DNA of 64,000 bases. It comes from Candidatus Nomurabacteria bacterium CG1_02_43_90. Its GTDB lineage: Bacteria; Patescibacteriota; Minisyncoccia; Phycocordibacterales; UBA1550. The stretch lies in the NCBI GenBank assembly GCA_001871765.1, contig MNVN01000010.1:74-64073 (forward strand), read 5' to 3'. The notes beneath the pieces were generated by a model that saw only the letters and a program-made list of their open reading frames with translations, was not told the origin of the DNA and did no database searches. Positions 9,418-19,114 of the stretch are shown one piece after another. Position 1 is the stretch's first letter. Each line of letters starts with the position of its first letter. The translations under genes and the position numbers were made by a program.

Positions 9418-10560
9418 CTGACTGATCGACCTCTAAAAATTAGACTTATTTCTACCCAATCACAGGACCCCGCACAACAGCATGTAGATGCAGTTCGGGC
9501 GAAATACCGTTATTTTTCAAGGCTCGCAAGCATTGGGTTTCTTTTTGTGTGTATGGGGGTTGGTCTTACTGTTCCGCTCTCCTCTGTTGAGGCTCGGGAT
9601 TTTTCATTTTTAAATACAAGGATCGGACGTATATTTAACGGGAATACAAAGGCTCTCCCTCAGAATTCCCAAACTATCGTCTTTTTGGAAGCGGCGGTAA
9701 ACGTTGATCCAAACCCTGCAAAGGGCGGTGGTGACATTACGGTAGTTGACGACAGCGCTCTCCTTCCAGAAGTCGGACCATCCGGAACGATTGCGGATAT
9801 TGAGTCAAAGGGGCATCAGGGAAACATAAGTATATACACCGTACATAAAGGTGACACCTTACCACAGCTTGCAAAGATGTTTGGGGTGAGTGTGAACACT
9901 ATTCTATGGGCAAATGATTTGAGTCGTGATGCTTCTCTTAAGGAAGGACAAAGTATCATCATTCTCCCTGTTGATGGAATTCAGTATGTTGTTAAAAGGG
10001 GTGATACGGTTGAAGGTATTGCAAGGAAATACCAAGCTGATGCGACAGAAATTTTTGAATTCAACAATATTGAATCCGATAAGAATATTTTTATTGGCGA
10101 CACAATCTTAATTCCAAATGGGAAAGAGGTCTCCGTTGAAGCTCCAAAAGTGAAAGCACCAACAAACTCTCGGGCAAGTATTATCGCAAAGTATCCTTCC
10201 TATGATGGATACTACACCCACCCTGTTCCTGCGGGGCACAAGACACAAGGGATTCATGGGTACAATGCAGTTGACTACGGTGCTCCTATTGGCACCCCTG
10301 TATACGCGGCTGCAGAAGGTACTGTAATCGTAAGTCATTTCCGCCCCCTTTCGGACCCTTGGTTTGGTGGATACGGTAATTATATTGTTATCCAGCATCC
10401 TAATGGTACGCAGACCTTATATGGCCACTTGAGTGCGGTCTATGTAACAGAGGGGGCACACGTAGAACAACGACAGCCAATCGGCGAAGTTGGTAGCACC
10501 GGACATTCTACGGGCCCTCATTTACACTTTGAAGTACGTGGTGCACGAAACCCCTTTTAG
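9418..10560 (+). CDS. LysM-domain M23 family peptidase
   Basis: Two LysM motifs (YTVHKGDTL, YVVKRGDTV), DYGAPIGTPV, YGHL, STGPHLHFEVR; start uncertain (CTG 9418 after SD versus GTG 9547). Confidence 0.9.
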   Translation: MTDRPLKIRLISTQSQDPAQQHVDAVRAKYRYFSRLASIGFLFVCMGVGLTVPLSSVEARDFSFLNTRIGRIFNGNTKALPQNSQTIVFLEAAVNVDPNPAKGGGDITVVDDSALLPEVGPSGTIADIESKGHQGNISIYTVHKGDTLPQLAKMFGVSVNTILWANDLSRDASLKEGQSIIILPVDGIQYVVKRGDTVEGIARKYQADATEIFEFNNIESDKNIFIGDTILIPNGKEVSVEAPKVKAPTNSRASIIAKYPSYDGYYTHPVPAGHKTQGIHGYNAVDYGAPIGTPVYAAAEGTVIVSHFRPLSDPWFGGYGNYIVIQHPNGTQTLYGHLSAVYVTEGAHVEQRQPIGEVGSTGHSTGPHLHFEVRGARNPF

Positions 10561-10624
10561 TAGTTGAAGAGTAGGATCGTCAATAGCAACAAAAAACCCC
10601 AAGTGTTTGCTTTGGGTTTTTTGT

Positions 10625-12163
10625 TTACCGCAACTCTGTTGGTCGGTAGGCGAGCGCTTCGAGTAAATGTTTTTCTGCGATATCGTCTGATTGGTCAAGG
10701 TCAGCAATCGTACGAGCTACCTTGAGGGTTTTGTGGTAGGCGCGCGGGGAAAGTTTTAAGCGTTCTGCCGAGGTATTAAAAAGCGAACGAAGTTTTGGAG
10801 TCAGCACAATGAACTGCTCCACTTCATTGGCGCGCATCTCGTTATTGGTAGTAATCTCGCGAGGATGATTTTGGAAACGTATTTGCTGTCGTTCTCGCGC
10901 GAGAATGATGCGCGTGCGTACACTCGCAGTACTCTCCCCTGCTTTTACTTCCGATAATTTATCATGATTCATTTTTGAAACCTTAACCCAGAGGTCAATG
11001 CGGTCAACAATAGGTCCAGAAAGTTTTCGTTGATATGAAGCGAGGGTACCCGGCATACACACACATTGTTCTTCGCTTCCATATTTCCCGCAGGGGCACG
11101 GGTTCATCGCCGCAAGAAGAATAAACCGCGCAGGAAAAACATCGCTTCCTTTTGCTCGTGCAATTCGCACGTGCCCTTCCTCGAGGGGCTCACGGAGAGA
11201 CTCAATAACGCGTCGGTCAAACTCAGGGAATTCATCAAGGAAAAGTACTCCACGATGTGCGAGGGTTATCTCGCCTGGCTTTGGGGTCGCTCCACCGCCA
11301 ATCACGGCAGGATAGGACGCGGTGTGGTGTGGTGCGCGGAGCGGTGGTTTGGTGATAATCTCTCGCGAAAGAAGACCTGCAACAGAGTGAATACTGGTAA
11401 CCTCAAGGGACTCATTTTCAGAAAGCTCAGGGAGCAAATGCGAAAATGCTTGTGCAAGCATTGTCTTACCCGTTCCTGGTGGTCCCCACATTGCGAGGTT
11501 GTGTTTTCCTGCGGCTGATATTTCAAGTGCACGTTTTGCAAATTCTTGACCTTTTATATGTGCGAGGTCAACCATGTTTTCATCAACCTGATCCATTCCT
11601 TGTTCGGCGAGATCTCTCGTATGCGCGATAATATTTTGATTATTTTTTGGGTCAAAATGTTTAATCAGGTCCGCAAGGGTATGTACTCCGTACACCGTAA
11701 TCCCAGAAACAAGCACTGCTTCCTGTTCATTTTCTTTGGGTACGAAGATTTCTGTAAACCCCTGTTCGCGTGCTGCCTGTGTAAGTAGAAGCACGCCGCG
11801 AATAGGGCGAATTACTCCATCAAGAGAAAGTTCTCCGAGGAAGAGTTTTTGTGCAGGGTTGAAGCTCACTTCCCCGGAGGCTTTGAGGTAGGCAACGGCG
11901 ATAGCAAGGTCATAATGGGATCCTTCTTTTTTAAGCTCCGCGGGGGCAAGGGATATTACAATTTTTTGATTTTTTTGTTTAGGGGAAACAAAACCAGAGT
12001 TTTTTATTGCGGCACTTACACGGTCGCGGGATTCATCAACGGAAGTGCTGGGAAGTCCCACTAAAGAAAAAGCGTGGAGCCCCTTTGAGAGATCCACTTC
12101 AACGTCGACAATATGAGCGATAAGACCGACTATTTGAGCTGAAAATAGTTTTGAAAATTGCAT
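10625..12163 (-). CDS. comM: YifB/ComM family Mg-chelatase-like AAA+ ATPase
   Basis: VGLP...ESRDRV, GPPGTGKTMLA, RAPHHTAS, PGEITLAHRGVLFLDE, AMNPCPCG, ARTIADL. Confidence 0.93.
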   Translation of the reverse strand: MQFSKLFSAQIVGLIAHIVDVEVDLSKGLHAFSLVGLPSTSVDESRDRVSAAIKNSGFVSPKQKNQKIVISLAPAELKKEGSHYDLAIAVAYLKASGEVSFNPAQKLFLGELSLDGVIRPIRGVLLLTQAAREQGFTEIFVPKENEQEAVLVSGITVYGVHTLADLIKHFDPKNNQNIIAHTRDLAEQGMDQVDENMVDLAHIKGQEFAKRALEISAAGKHNLAMWGPPGTGKTMLAQAFSHLLPELSENESLEVTSIHSVAGLLSREIITKPPLRAPHHTASYPAVIGGGATPKPGEITLAHRGVLFLDEFPEFDRRVIESLREPLEEGHVRIARAKGSDVFPARFILLAAMNPCPCGKYGSEEQCVCMPGTLASYQRKLSGPIVDRIDLWVKVSKMNHDKLSEVKAGESTASVRTRIILARERQQIRFQNHPREITTNNEMRANEVEQFIVLTPKLRSLFNTSAERLKLSPRAYHKTLKVARTIADLDQSDDIAEKHLLEALAYRPTELR

Positions 12164-12181
12164 AGCAATGAGCGAAGACTT

Positions 12182-12541
12182 TTATTCCTCGCGATGTGCA
12201 ATACAGGTTGATGCTGCGGGGTTTGCATGGAGGCGAGCGTCCTCAATTACTTCTCCGCAAATACGGCAGACACCATAGACCTCTGCCTCGATACGTACGA
12301 GCGCTGCATCGATTTCCATCATACGCGCCTCGAGCTCAACCTCGATTGCCACACTTCCTTCAAAAGCTTCAATACTATCAGCTACTTCGTTTGGGTCGGT
12401 GGTTGTGTTGTTGAGGTCAGGAGCCGATGGATCCCAGTCCCCTGCAAGGTCAGGACTTTTGTGCCCTACCCCCGTGAGTTCTTTTTCGAGTCTACTTTTT
12501 TCCTCAAGAAGCATTGTTTTTAATTCAGAAATGTTTGTCAT
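12182..12541 (-). CDS. TraR/DksA family zinc-finger protein
   Basis: Coiled coil followed by YGVCRICGEVI..ARL..NPAASTCIAH. Confidence 0.88.
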   Translation of the reverse strand: MTNISELKTMLLEEKSRLEKELTGVGHKSPDLAGDWDPSAPDLNNTTTDPNEVADSIEAFEGSVAIEVELEARMMEIDAALVRIEAEVYGVCRICGEVIEDARLHANPAASTCIAHREE

Positions 12542-12561
12542 ATAAAGATAGTGTATCGCGT

Positions 12562-13557
12562 TTATTTTTTTACTGCAAGAGGGAGGAGTGTTTCAAGCGC
12601 AGATTTACTTTCGGCAATAACAAGCGTGGTAGGATTTGCAAACGCGTACGCTATTGTTATGGTGGGTGTCACTTCGGAATAACGTGCATCTTTTCCGCTA
12701 ATGACCACGTCGTAAAATTTTGTGGTAGCAAGAAGCCCGGTATTAACGGTGGATCCAAAAATAACATCAAACATATGTGGGATTGCGGACTCCCATTCAA
12801 GCATGGCCGCGAGAGCAACTTCATTATCTGAAAACTTCATCATGATGAATGGCGTCGCTCTCCCCCCTTGTTCTCCAATGAGGCCAACCATAAAAGGTTT
12901 TTCGAGCGATCGAGTAATAGTTTCTGGTGCGGTAATTCCGACAAAGCGGAGAAATCGGTTTATGGATATTCCAAGAGAATCAGCCTCGCTATCCTCAGTG
13001 AAATAAAAGTTTTTTATTGAGGTTACCGAGAGTTCTTTTTGTCGCTCATTCATGATGGCCGAGAGTACGGTTGCGCTAGATTCCTTACTGATATCGAAAC
13101 GCTTTTCACCCTGTGCGGGGATAATTGATGGTGCAATCGGCAGAACAAGAGGAGTACTCGAGGCCGTTGTCGTTTCTGAAGGTTTACCAAACGTAGGAAG
13201 AGAGAGAGCGGGGAGAGAATTATTTTTGAGTTTTGGTGCTATAAAAATATAGGTAGAAATAAGCGCAATAATTATTGCAAGAATGACGATACGCCCAATT
13301 CGTTTTGGGGCGGGCGGAGTTGCTTCACTTGTAGTGGGATCATCTTTTCCCAGGGAGTTGATTTTTTGGGATTTCTTCTTTTCTTCAGCCATGGCAATAG
13401 ACACGGTCGTTTCATTTTGTTTCTTGATTGCGTCTGCTTCATCACTCTTCATAGTGCGAATGAGTCGTGGTGCAGGTACATTTTTTGAATCAGCAGCTTC
13501 GGGGGTTCCTTGAAATACGCCAGGTTCAAGAGGGGTTGGGGTAGTGTTCTCACTCAT
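12562..13557 (-). CDS. single-pass membrane hypothetical protein
   Basis: IRTMKSD N-terminal motif common in Parcubacteria, one TM helix; TATACT 6 nt before ATG. Confidence 0.75.
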   Translation of the reverse strand: MSENTTPTPLEPGVFQGTPEAADSKNVPAPRLIRTMKSDEADAIKKQNETTVSIAMAEEKKKSQKINSLGKDDPTTSEATPPAPKRIGRIVILAIIIALISTYIFIAPKLKNNSLPALSLPTFGKPSETTTASSTPLVLPIAPSIIPAQGEKRFDISKESSATVLSAIMNERQKELSVTSIKNFYFTEDSEADSLGISINRFLRFVGITAPETITRSLEKPFMVGLIGEQGGRATPFIMMKFSDNEVALAAMLEWESAIPHMFDVIFGSTVNTGLLATTKFYDVVISGKDARYSEVTPTITIAYAFANPTTLVIAESKSALETLLPLAVKK

Positions 13558-13792
13558 CAGTCTAGTATATCGTGTATTTGTATTTCACGCACGGATTTTT
13601 GTGTGGATAAATGATCTTTAAGCGAGAAAGAGTTTATAAGTAGTAACCTAAACGTGATACGGGGGGCATTTGCCGGGGGTCCATGCCCCCGCTGTCACCA
13701 TCCTTGCTTTTATTTTTAAAGTATGGTAGTATAAAAACTGGTTCAGCGGAGCAATCTGCTGATTTTTTTAGTTCTACAAAGGGAGAGAAGCA

Positions 13793-13987
13793 ATGTGTAC
13801 AACAGACGATGCAAAAAATAGCACTGAGGACGGGAGAGGTGGACGTTTGAATCCCTCTCCACAGGAACACTCGGAGCATGTGCCGGAACAAAAAGCACAA
13901 GGCGATGGAGGCCGTAACCCTCAGACGCAGCGCTTCCTTGAGACAGGGATTGGAGGGCAAGACTGCTCACGCCCGGCGATTTTCTGA
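13793..13987 (+). CDS. putative small protein in its own transcription unit
   Basis: TTGCTT-17-TAGTAT promoter, GGGAGAG SD-like sequence, terminator directly after; no recognisable motif. Confidence 0.4.
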   Translation: MCTTDDAKNSTEDGRGGRLNPSPQEHSEHVPEQKAQGDGGRNPQTQRFLETGIGGQDCSRPAIF

Positions 13988-13998
13988 TAAATAAACCA

Positions 13999-14024
13999 AA
14001 AAGCCCGGCATGCCGGGCTTTTTT
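13999..14024. terminator. bidirectional intrinsic terminator
   Basis: aaaagcccggcatgccgggctttt between convergent ORFs. Confidence 0.8.
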
Positions 14025-14051
14025 ACTGCTTATTTTTATTCAGTAGATCCT

Positions 14052-14648
14052 CTACTCCTCTTTTGGGCTAGGGATTTCTTTGCGACGACTTGGTGTTTGT
14101 TTGCGAGGACGGCGTGCACCACTTCCCCCACTGTTACCTCCCCGAAACCCGAGGAGGTATTTTCTTTGGTTGTCACACATGTCAATGAAATCATCGCATG
14201 CTTCACGAAGCTTGCCAGAAGCAGAACGCCCAAAGGTGATTACCTCTACTTGTGTGCCCATGAACTTCAAGTATTCAACGAGAGGTACAAAATCGCCATC
14301 GCCAGAAGCGAGTACTACGGCGTCAACCTTTGAAGCAAGACGAATAGCGTCTACTGCAAGCCCTACATCCCAGTCCCCTTTCTTTGCCCCGCCAAAAAAT
14401 ATTTGTAAATCTTTCGTCTTTGTTTCGATGCCGAGGTTGTTCAAAGCCTCAAAAAATCCTTTTTCTTCTTCACCTTCTGTTGCAATGACGTAGGCCACGG
14501 CACGAATAAGGTGTCTTCCTCCGAGCGCTTCTTTGAGCACGGCGCCGAAGTTTACTTTTGCCCCATAAAGATTGCGGGCGCTATGATAGAGGTTTTGTGC
14601 GTCAATGAACATTGCAACACGTTGCTCTTTTTGTTTGATAATTGCCAT
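14052..14648 (-). CDS. NYN domain protein (LabA/DUF88 family)
   Basis: RVAMFIDAQNL, KKGDWDVGLAVDA, LASGDGDFVPLV, LREACDDFIDM. Confidence 0.92.
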   Translation of the reverse strand: MAIIKQKEQRVAMFIDAQNLYHSARNLYGAKVNFGAVLKEALGGRHLIRAVAYVIATEGEEEKGFFEALNNLGIETKTKDLQIFFGGAKKGDWDVGLAVDAIRLASKVDAVVLASGDGDFVPLVEYLKFMGTQVEVITFGRSASGKLREACDDFIDMCDNQRKYLLGFRGGNSGGSGARRPRKQTPSRRKEIPSPKEE

Positions 14649-14760
14649 ATAAAATTGTTGAGTGCTCGTTTGTGTTTAAAGGGCGATTTTTCCGCCCCTA
14701 CCGTACGTAAATTACGCACTCGTTGTTATTTAATTTATTAAAAAATGATTACTGTGGTTA

Positions 14761-14915
14761 TACCATCCCCAATTAACCTCTTCGTATTTTGTCAAAAATA
14801 TCAACTGAGCCTTTGTAAAAATCCTTCAAAATATCTCGATATTCTTTAGTATTTTTCGTTCGGCTCGCTTGATATTTTTGACAAAATTACACGAAGGACT
14901 TAATTGAGTATGGTA
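14761..14915. mobile_element. MITE-like palindromic element
   Basis: About 50-bp imperfect terminal inverted repeats (taccat...attttgtcaaaaatatcaa...gagcc / ggctc...ttgatatttttgacaaaat...atggta) flanked by TTA on both sides. Confidence 0.6.
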
Positions 14916-15058
14916 TTAGTATCTCACAAGTGAGGATAAACAAAAAGCCCCGAATCAGTTGACTCGGGGATTTTTGTAGCCTGTCCATCATCTTGCTTTT
15001 TTGACCAAAATTTGGGGAATTTTAGTCGAAATGAAGATATTGGATAGGCTCAAATCCT

Positions 15059-15322
15059 TTATTTCAAACCGATTTTCTTTACCAATACATCGTAGCGTTC
15101 CTTGTTTTTGCGCTTGAGATAGCTTAGATGGGTACGACGATCTGCAACCATTTGGAGAAGTCCACGGCGAGAGTGGTTATCTTTGTGGTTTTTCTTCAAA
15201 TGAAGAGCGAGTTCATCGATACTTTTGGAGAGAATAGCAACCTGAGCCTCGGGAGAACCCGTGTCAGTAGCGTGCATCTGCACCTTTTTGATAATATTTT
15301 GTTTCTGCTTTGTCGTAATCAT
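15059..15322 (-). CDS. rpsO: 30S ribosomal protein S15
   Basis: DTGSPEAQVAILS, HLKKNHKDNHSRRGLLQMV. Confidence 0.98.
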   Translation of the reverse strand: MITTKQKQNIIKKVQMHATDTGSPEAQVAILSKSIDELALHLKKNHKDNHSRRGLLQMVADRRTHLSYLKRKNKERYDVLVKKIGLK

Positions 15323-15402
15323 TGGAGTAACTCTAGCATATCTTGCCTATAAATGCAAGCCCTTGGCCAGAGAGGCTGTTTTTCTGCTATTTATAAGTCT
15401 CC

Positions 15403-15642
15403 CTACTCCTCGTCAGGCTCTTTTAGGGGGATAATTTCAATACCGCTCATATCGTTAAAATCCTTAGAAAGAGCAGGGGGGACATCTGCTGTCTTTGGAG
15501 AAGTTTCGTCAAGAAAAATACCCTGTTCTGCGAGTACTCGTCGAGAAACACCCTCTTCCTCTTTTTGGAAAGATTGTCTCGCTCCTTCATCATCACCAAG
15601 ATTTCGTGAATCAGTGAATATAATGCCATCGTCAGAAGTCAT
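15403..15642 (-). CDS. small acidic hypothetical protein
   Basis: 79-aa acidic ORF filling the gap between rpsO and the recombinase. Confidence 0.45.
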   Translation of the reverse strand: MTSDDGIIFTDSRNLGDDEGARQSFQKEEEGVSRRVLAEQGIFLDETSPKTADVPPALSKDFNDMSGIEIIPLKEPDEE

Positions 15643-15769
15643 GTTTCAAATTGTAACGTAATGCAGAATAAAAGTCTATAAAACGTACCCTGTGTAAAAT
15701 TATTTTTTTATATTCTGATATACTTAATAGTGTCGCACAATATGATTTTTATCATTTTTCTCTTAGGAT

Positions 15770-16696
15770 ATGTCACTCTCTCTTTTTAAACGTCAATACC
15801 TCGAACACCTTGAAATAGAAAAAGGGCGTAGTTTGAAGACGATTGAAAATTATGAACGCTACTTGAATCGTTTTTTTGATTTTGCAAAAGTTGATGAGCC
15901 TCTAGCAATCACGGATGATTTAATTAGAGAGTTTCGTTTGTGGTTAAATAGGCAACCTTCAGGTAGTAAAAAGGGCGGAAGCACAGAAACACTCAAAAAG
16001 AAAACACAAAACTACTACCTCATTGCTCTCCGTAGTTTTTTGAAATATCTACGCAAGCGCGGAGTGGACTCACTGTCCCCTGAACGTATTGACCTTGCCA
16101 AGACCGCCGAGCGTGACCTCGACCTCATCTCGACCGCTGACCTCGAGCGACTACTGCAAGCACCCGATAGAAGTAGCGTTGCGGGCTTGCGTGACAAGGC
16201 TATTTTGGAACTCTTTTTCTCCACAGGGCTTCGTCTGTCTGAACTCTGTTCCCTTTCGCGCGACCTTGATCTCAATAAAGACGAGTTTTCTGTGCGTGGA
16301 AAAGGGGAAAAGGTGCGCGTCGTTTTCCTCTCTGATGCTGCGAAAATGGCACTGCGTGCATACCTTGGGAAGCGCAAGGATATGGATGACGCATTATTCG
16401 TCCGCCAAGTAGCAGATTCTCAAAAAGAAAAATCCTCAACAAAAGAATCCCTTCGCCTCACCCCCCGCTCTATTGAACGCATGGTGAAACACTATGCCCT
16501 CAAGGCAGGTATCTCAAAAAAAGTAACCCCTCATGTTATTCGCCACTCCTTCGCTACTGACCTTTTAAGTAATGGTGCCGATATTCGCTCGGTGCAAATG
16601 ATGCTCGGGCACGCAAACATCGCCACGACGCAAATTTATACCCATGTAACCGATGCACAACTCCGTGATGTGCATAAGAAGTTTCATAGTAAGTAA
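15770..16696 (+). CDS. XerC/XerD family tyrosine recombinase
   Basis: LRDKAILELFFSTGLRLSEL, VRGKGEKVR, PHVIRHSFATDLL, LGHANIATTQIYTHV. Confidence 0.95.
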   Translation: MSLSLFKRQYLEHLEIEKGRSLKTIENYERYLNRFFDFAKVDEPLAITDDLIREFRLWLNRQPSGSKKGGSTETLKKKTQNYYLIALRSFLKYLRKRGVDSLSPERIDLAKTAERDLDLISTADLERLLQAPDRSSVAGLRDKAILELFFSTGLRLSELCSLSRDLDLNKDEFSVRGKGEKVRVVFLSDAAKMALRAYLGKRKDMDDALFVRQVADSQKEKSSTKESLRLTPRSIERMVKHYALKAGISKKVTPHVIRHSFATDLLSNGADIRSVQMMLGHANIATTQIYTHVTDAQLRDVHKKFHSK

Positions 16697-16721
16697 AAGT
16701 AGCCTTTGCTATACTATCCCC

Positions 16722-17489
16722 ATGCACATTATCTCCTGGAATGTAAATGGATTGCGCGCAATTCATAAAAAAGGAAACTTTGCCGATATTCTTAAAAAAG
16801 ATGCGGATATTTTGTGTTTTCAGGAAACAAAAGCCGAAGCCGAGCAACTTGCCGAAGAAGTCCTTAATCCACAAGGCTATTTTTCCTACTTCGCACATTC
16901 AAAAACACGCAAGGGGTACAGCGGAGTTGCGGTCTATTCAAAAATAAAGGCAGAAAAAGTTGAAGAAGGTATGGGTGTCCCCGAAATGGATCAAGAAGGG
17001 CGACTTCTCGTTGTTTATTGTAAAGATTTTGTGCTTTTGAACTGTTATTTCCCTAATGGGGGTGGTGGACCAGAGCGCCTCGCTTTCAAACTTGATTTTT
17101 ATGATCATTTTCTGGTGTTTATTGAAAAATTACACAAACAGGGAAATAAGATTATTATTTGCGGTGATGTGAATACTGCCCACGAGGCTATTGACCTCGC
17201 CCGTCCAAAACAAAATGAAAATAATACAGGGTTTCTCCCTGAAGAGCGTGCCTGGATTGACGAATTGGTAAACCACGGCTATGTCGATATTTTCCGCCAC
17301 ATCAATCCCCTTAAAAAAGATGCATACACCTATTGGGATATAAAGACGGCGGCTCGCGAACGCAATGTTGGTTGGCGCATAGACTATTTCTTCATTTCTT
17401 CCGACCTACTCCCTCGCGTGAAACAGGCAACCATACTGAGTGAATTTTTTGGTTCGGACCACTGTCCGATTCTGTTGGAAGTGAAATAG
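16722..17489 (+). CDS. xth: exodeoxyribonuclease III (AP endonuclease)
   Basis: ISWNVNGLRA, CFQETKA, GYSGVA, GDVNTAH, GWRIDYF, GSDHCP; start at ATG 16722, 6 nt after TGCTATACT. Confidence 0.96.
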   Translation: MHIISWNVNGLRAIHKKGNFADILKKDADILCFQETKAEAEQLAEEVLNPQGYFSYFAHSKTRKGYSGVAVYSKIKAEKVEEGMGVPEMDQEGRLLVVYCKDFVLLNCYFPNGGGGPERLAFKLDFYDHFLVFIEKLHKQGNKIIICGDVNTAHEAIDLARPKQNENNTGFLPEERAWIDELVNHGYVDIFRHINPLKKDAYTYWDIKTAARERNVGWRIDYFFISSDLLPRVKQATILSEFFGSDHCPILLEVK

Positions 17490-17554
17490 GGCTTGCAAAA
17501 TATATATGTATATGTTTTTATAGTGTTTGGTTCATTAACGAAAAGGGGTAGTAC

Positions 17555-18307
17555 ATGTTGTCATATGTTGGTGTTACGGGTTTTGGTAGTCGTCATCAGG
17601 TTAAGTCCGTTCTGCGTTCGGTACCGTTCGGCACAAACAGGAAACTTATGGTAGGTGTTCGTGCGAGCCATAATACAATTGATGGGGGGAAACATCTTTT
17701 CCCCTGTCAATATCCGTCAGGGTCACAAATGCGGACCATTTTTGTCAACGACCCTCGTGTTCTCAATCTTGTTCATTTTAATACGAGAGATCCTGATCTT
17801 CTCTATGAACAGCTTATGGACATGTGGGGTTTTGCCGGGACTCTTTGTCATGGTTTTCAACTTAACATGATATGGCCTTCGCCGGAAGTAATAAGGAAGG
17901 TTAAAGCAAGGTGGAAGGAGTGTATCATTGTCCTTTGGGTTTGCACCCATGCGTTCGAAGTCGTGGAGAATAATCCCAAAACGTTGGCAGATAAAGTTGA
18001 GCGAGAATATAAAGGGCTGATTGACTACATTCTCCTTGATGCGAGCGGTGGTTTTGGGAAACCCCTCGACACTGAAGTATTGAGGGGCTACCTGAGAGCA
18101 ATTACAGCAAAGAACTTGCCTATTGGTCTTGGGGTTGCAGGAGGACTGAGCCCCTCAACGCTCGGCCTTGTGGAACCTCTTATCAAGGAGTTCCCCAGGC
18201 TTTCTATCGACGCAGAGGGGTGCCTCATGGACGAGGGTGATCACCTTAATCTCACCCTTGCGCATGACTTTGTGAATAATTCACTGTTACTTTTTGGGGA
18301 AATTTAA
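17555..18307 (+). CDS. uncharacterised TIM-barrel protein (TrpF-like phosphate-binding fold)
   Basis: YVGVTG, GFQLN, YILLDASGGFGK, GVAGGLSP, SIDAEG. Confidence 0.65.
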   Translation: MLSYVGVTGFGSRHQVKSVLRSVPFGTNRKLMVGVRASHNTIDGGKHLFPCQYPSGSQMRTIFVNDPRVLNLVHFNTRDPDLLYEQLMDMWGFAGTLCHGFQLNMIWPSPEVIRKVKARWKECIIVLWVCTHAFEVVENNPKTLADKVEREYKGLIDYILLDASGGFGKPLDTEVLRGYLRAITAKNLPIGLGVAGGLSPSTLGLVEPLIKEFPRLSIDAEGCLMDEGDHLNLTLAHDFVNNSLLLFGEI

Positions 18308-18459
18308 GAAGATCTCCCTGTCGCGTAGGCGCACAATATTTGTTTGACTCACGAGCACTCACCGGAAGAAATTCCTGTGGGTGCTTTTTTCTTAACTATT
18401 CTAACCGATGCCTTTTAACCCTAAAGAACAATGGTGCTTGACATTATCCTATAATTTCA

Positions 18460-18481
18460 TATTGATATTATCATATCAATA
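18460..18481. promoter_or_regulatory. palindromic operator upstream of the TA operon
   Basis: tattgatat-tatc-atatcaata downstream of TTGACA (18438) and just before the antitoxin start. Confidence 0.55.
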
Positions 18482-18494
18482 ATAATATAAATAT

Positions 18495-18704
18495 ATGTCT
18501 ACATTGTCTGTTCCTCTCTCTCCAGAACTAGAAAAGTTCATTGATAACCAAGTAAAAAATGGTAATGCCGCCAATAAAGCTGATGTTGTTCGGCGTGCAC
18601 TCATTCGTTTTTCTGAAGATGAGGCTGTGCGTGCTGTGCTCGAGGCATCAAGGGGGCCTGTGCTTAAGGGTGACCTGCGTGAGTTAATGAAGCAAATTAA
18701 CTAA
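18495..18704 (+). CDS. ribbon-helix-helix antitoxin (ParD-like)
   Basis: TLSVPLSPELEKFIDNQVKNG...NKADVVRRAL; precedes a RelE-like ORF. Confidence 0.8.
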   Translation: MSTLSVPLSPELEKFIDNQVKNGNAANKADVVRRALIRFSEDEAVRAVLEASRGPVLKGDLRELMKQIN

Positions 18705-18708
18705 CAAG

Positions 18709-18981
18709 ATGAATATAAATGTCTACTACAAACCAGCTTTCGTTCGGAGCCTTAACAAGTCCCCAAAAGGTCTGCAGGAAGAAATTATCGAAAAGATAGA
18801 TCTATTTAAAGATACAGAAAATCACGGTATATTAAAAGTTCATAAGTTGAAGGGATCATTAAAAAAGTTCTATAGTTTTTTAGTTGATTATAAAAATAGG
18901 GTTGTTTTTGAATACCTATCGGATGACGAAGTTGGACTTTTGGCTATTGGCGATCACGAAGTTTATAAATTATTTTTGTAG
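18709..18981 (+). CDS. RelE/ParE superfamily toxin
   Basis: YKPAFVRSLNK, LKVHKLKG, YSF-V-YKNRVVF, IGDHEVY. Confidence 0.85.
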   Translation: MNINVYYKPAFVRSLNKSPKGLQEEIIEKIDLFKDTENHGILKVHKLKGSLKKFYSFLVDYKNRVVFEYLSDDEVGLLAIGDHEVYKLFL

Positions 18982-19114
18982 TTAAAAACTACTCAATAAC
19001 CTTGCTCTTGTCGTACTCATTCCCCAGCCGTTAGCAAAGCATTTCAAAGATTTGACGCATTGCCTTTGCGATCGGTAGCTTTTGAACAGGAGTATATTCT
19101 CCTGTTTTTCTTTT

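Noticed and set aside
15725-15760. Possible dif site upstream of the Xer recombinase (gtcgcacaatatgattttta)
   Set aside because: Only partial similarity to the XerC arm, no TTATGTTAAA-like XerD arm, and the region looks origin-proximal
15770-16696. Recombinase as a prophage or island integrase
   Set aside because: XerC/D-like length and motifs, no phage genes and no flanking att pair found
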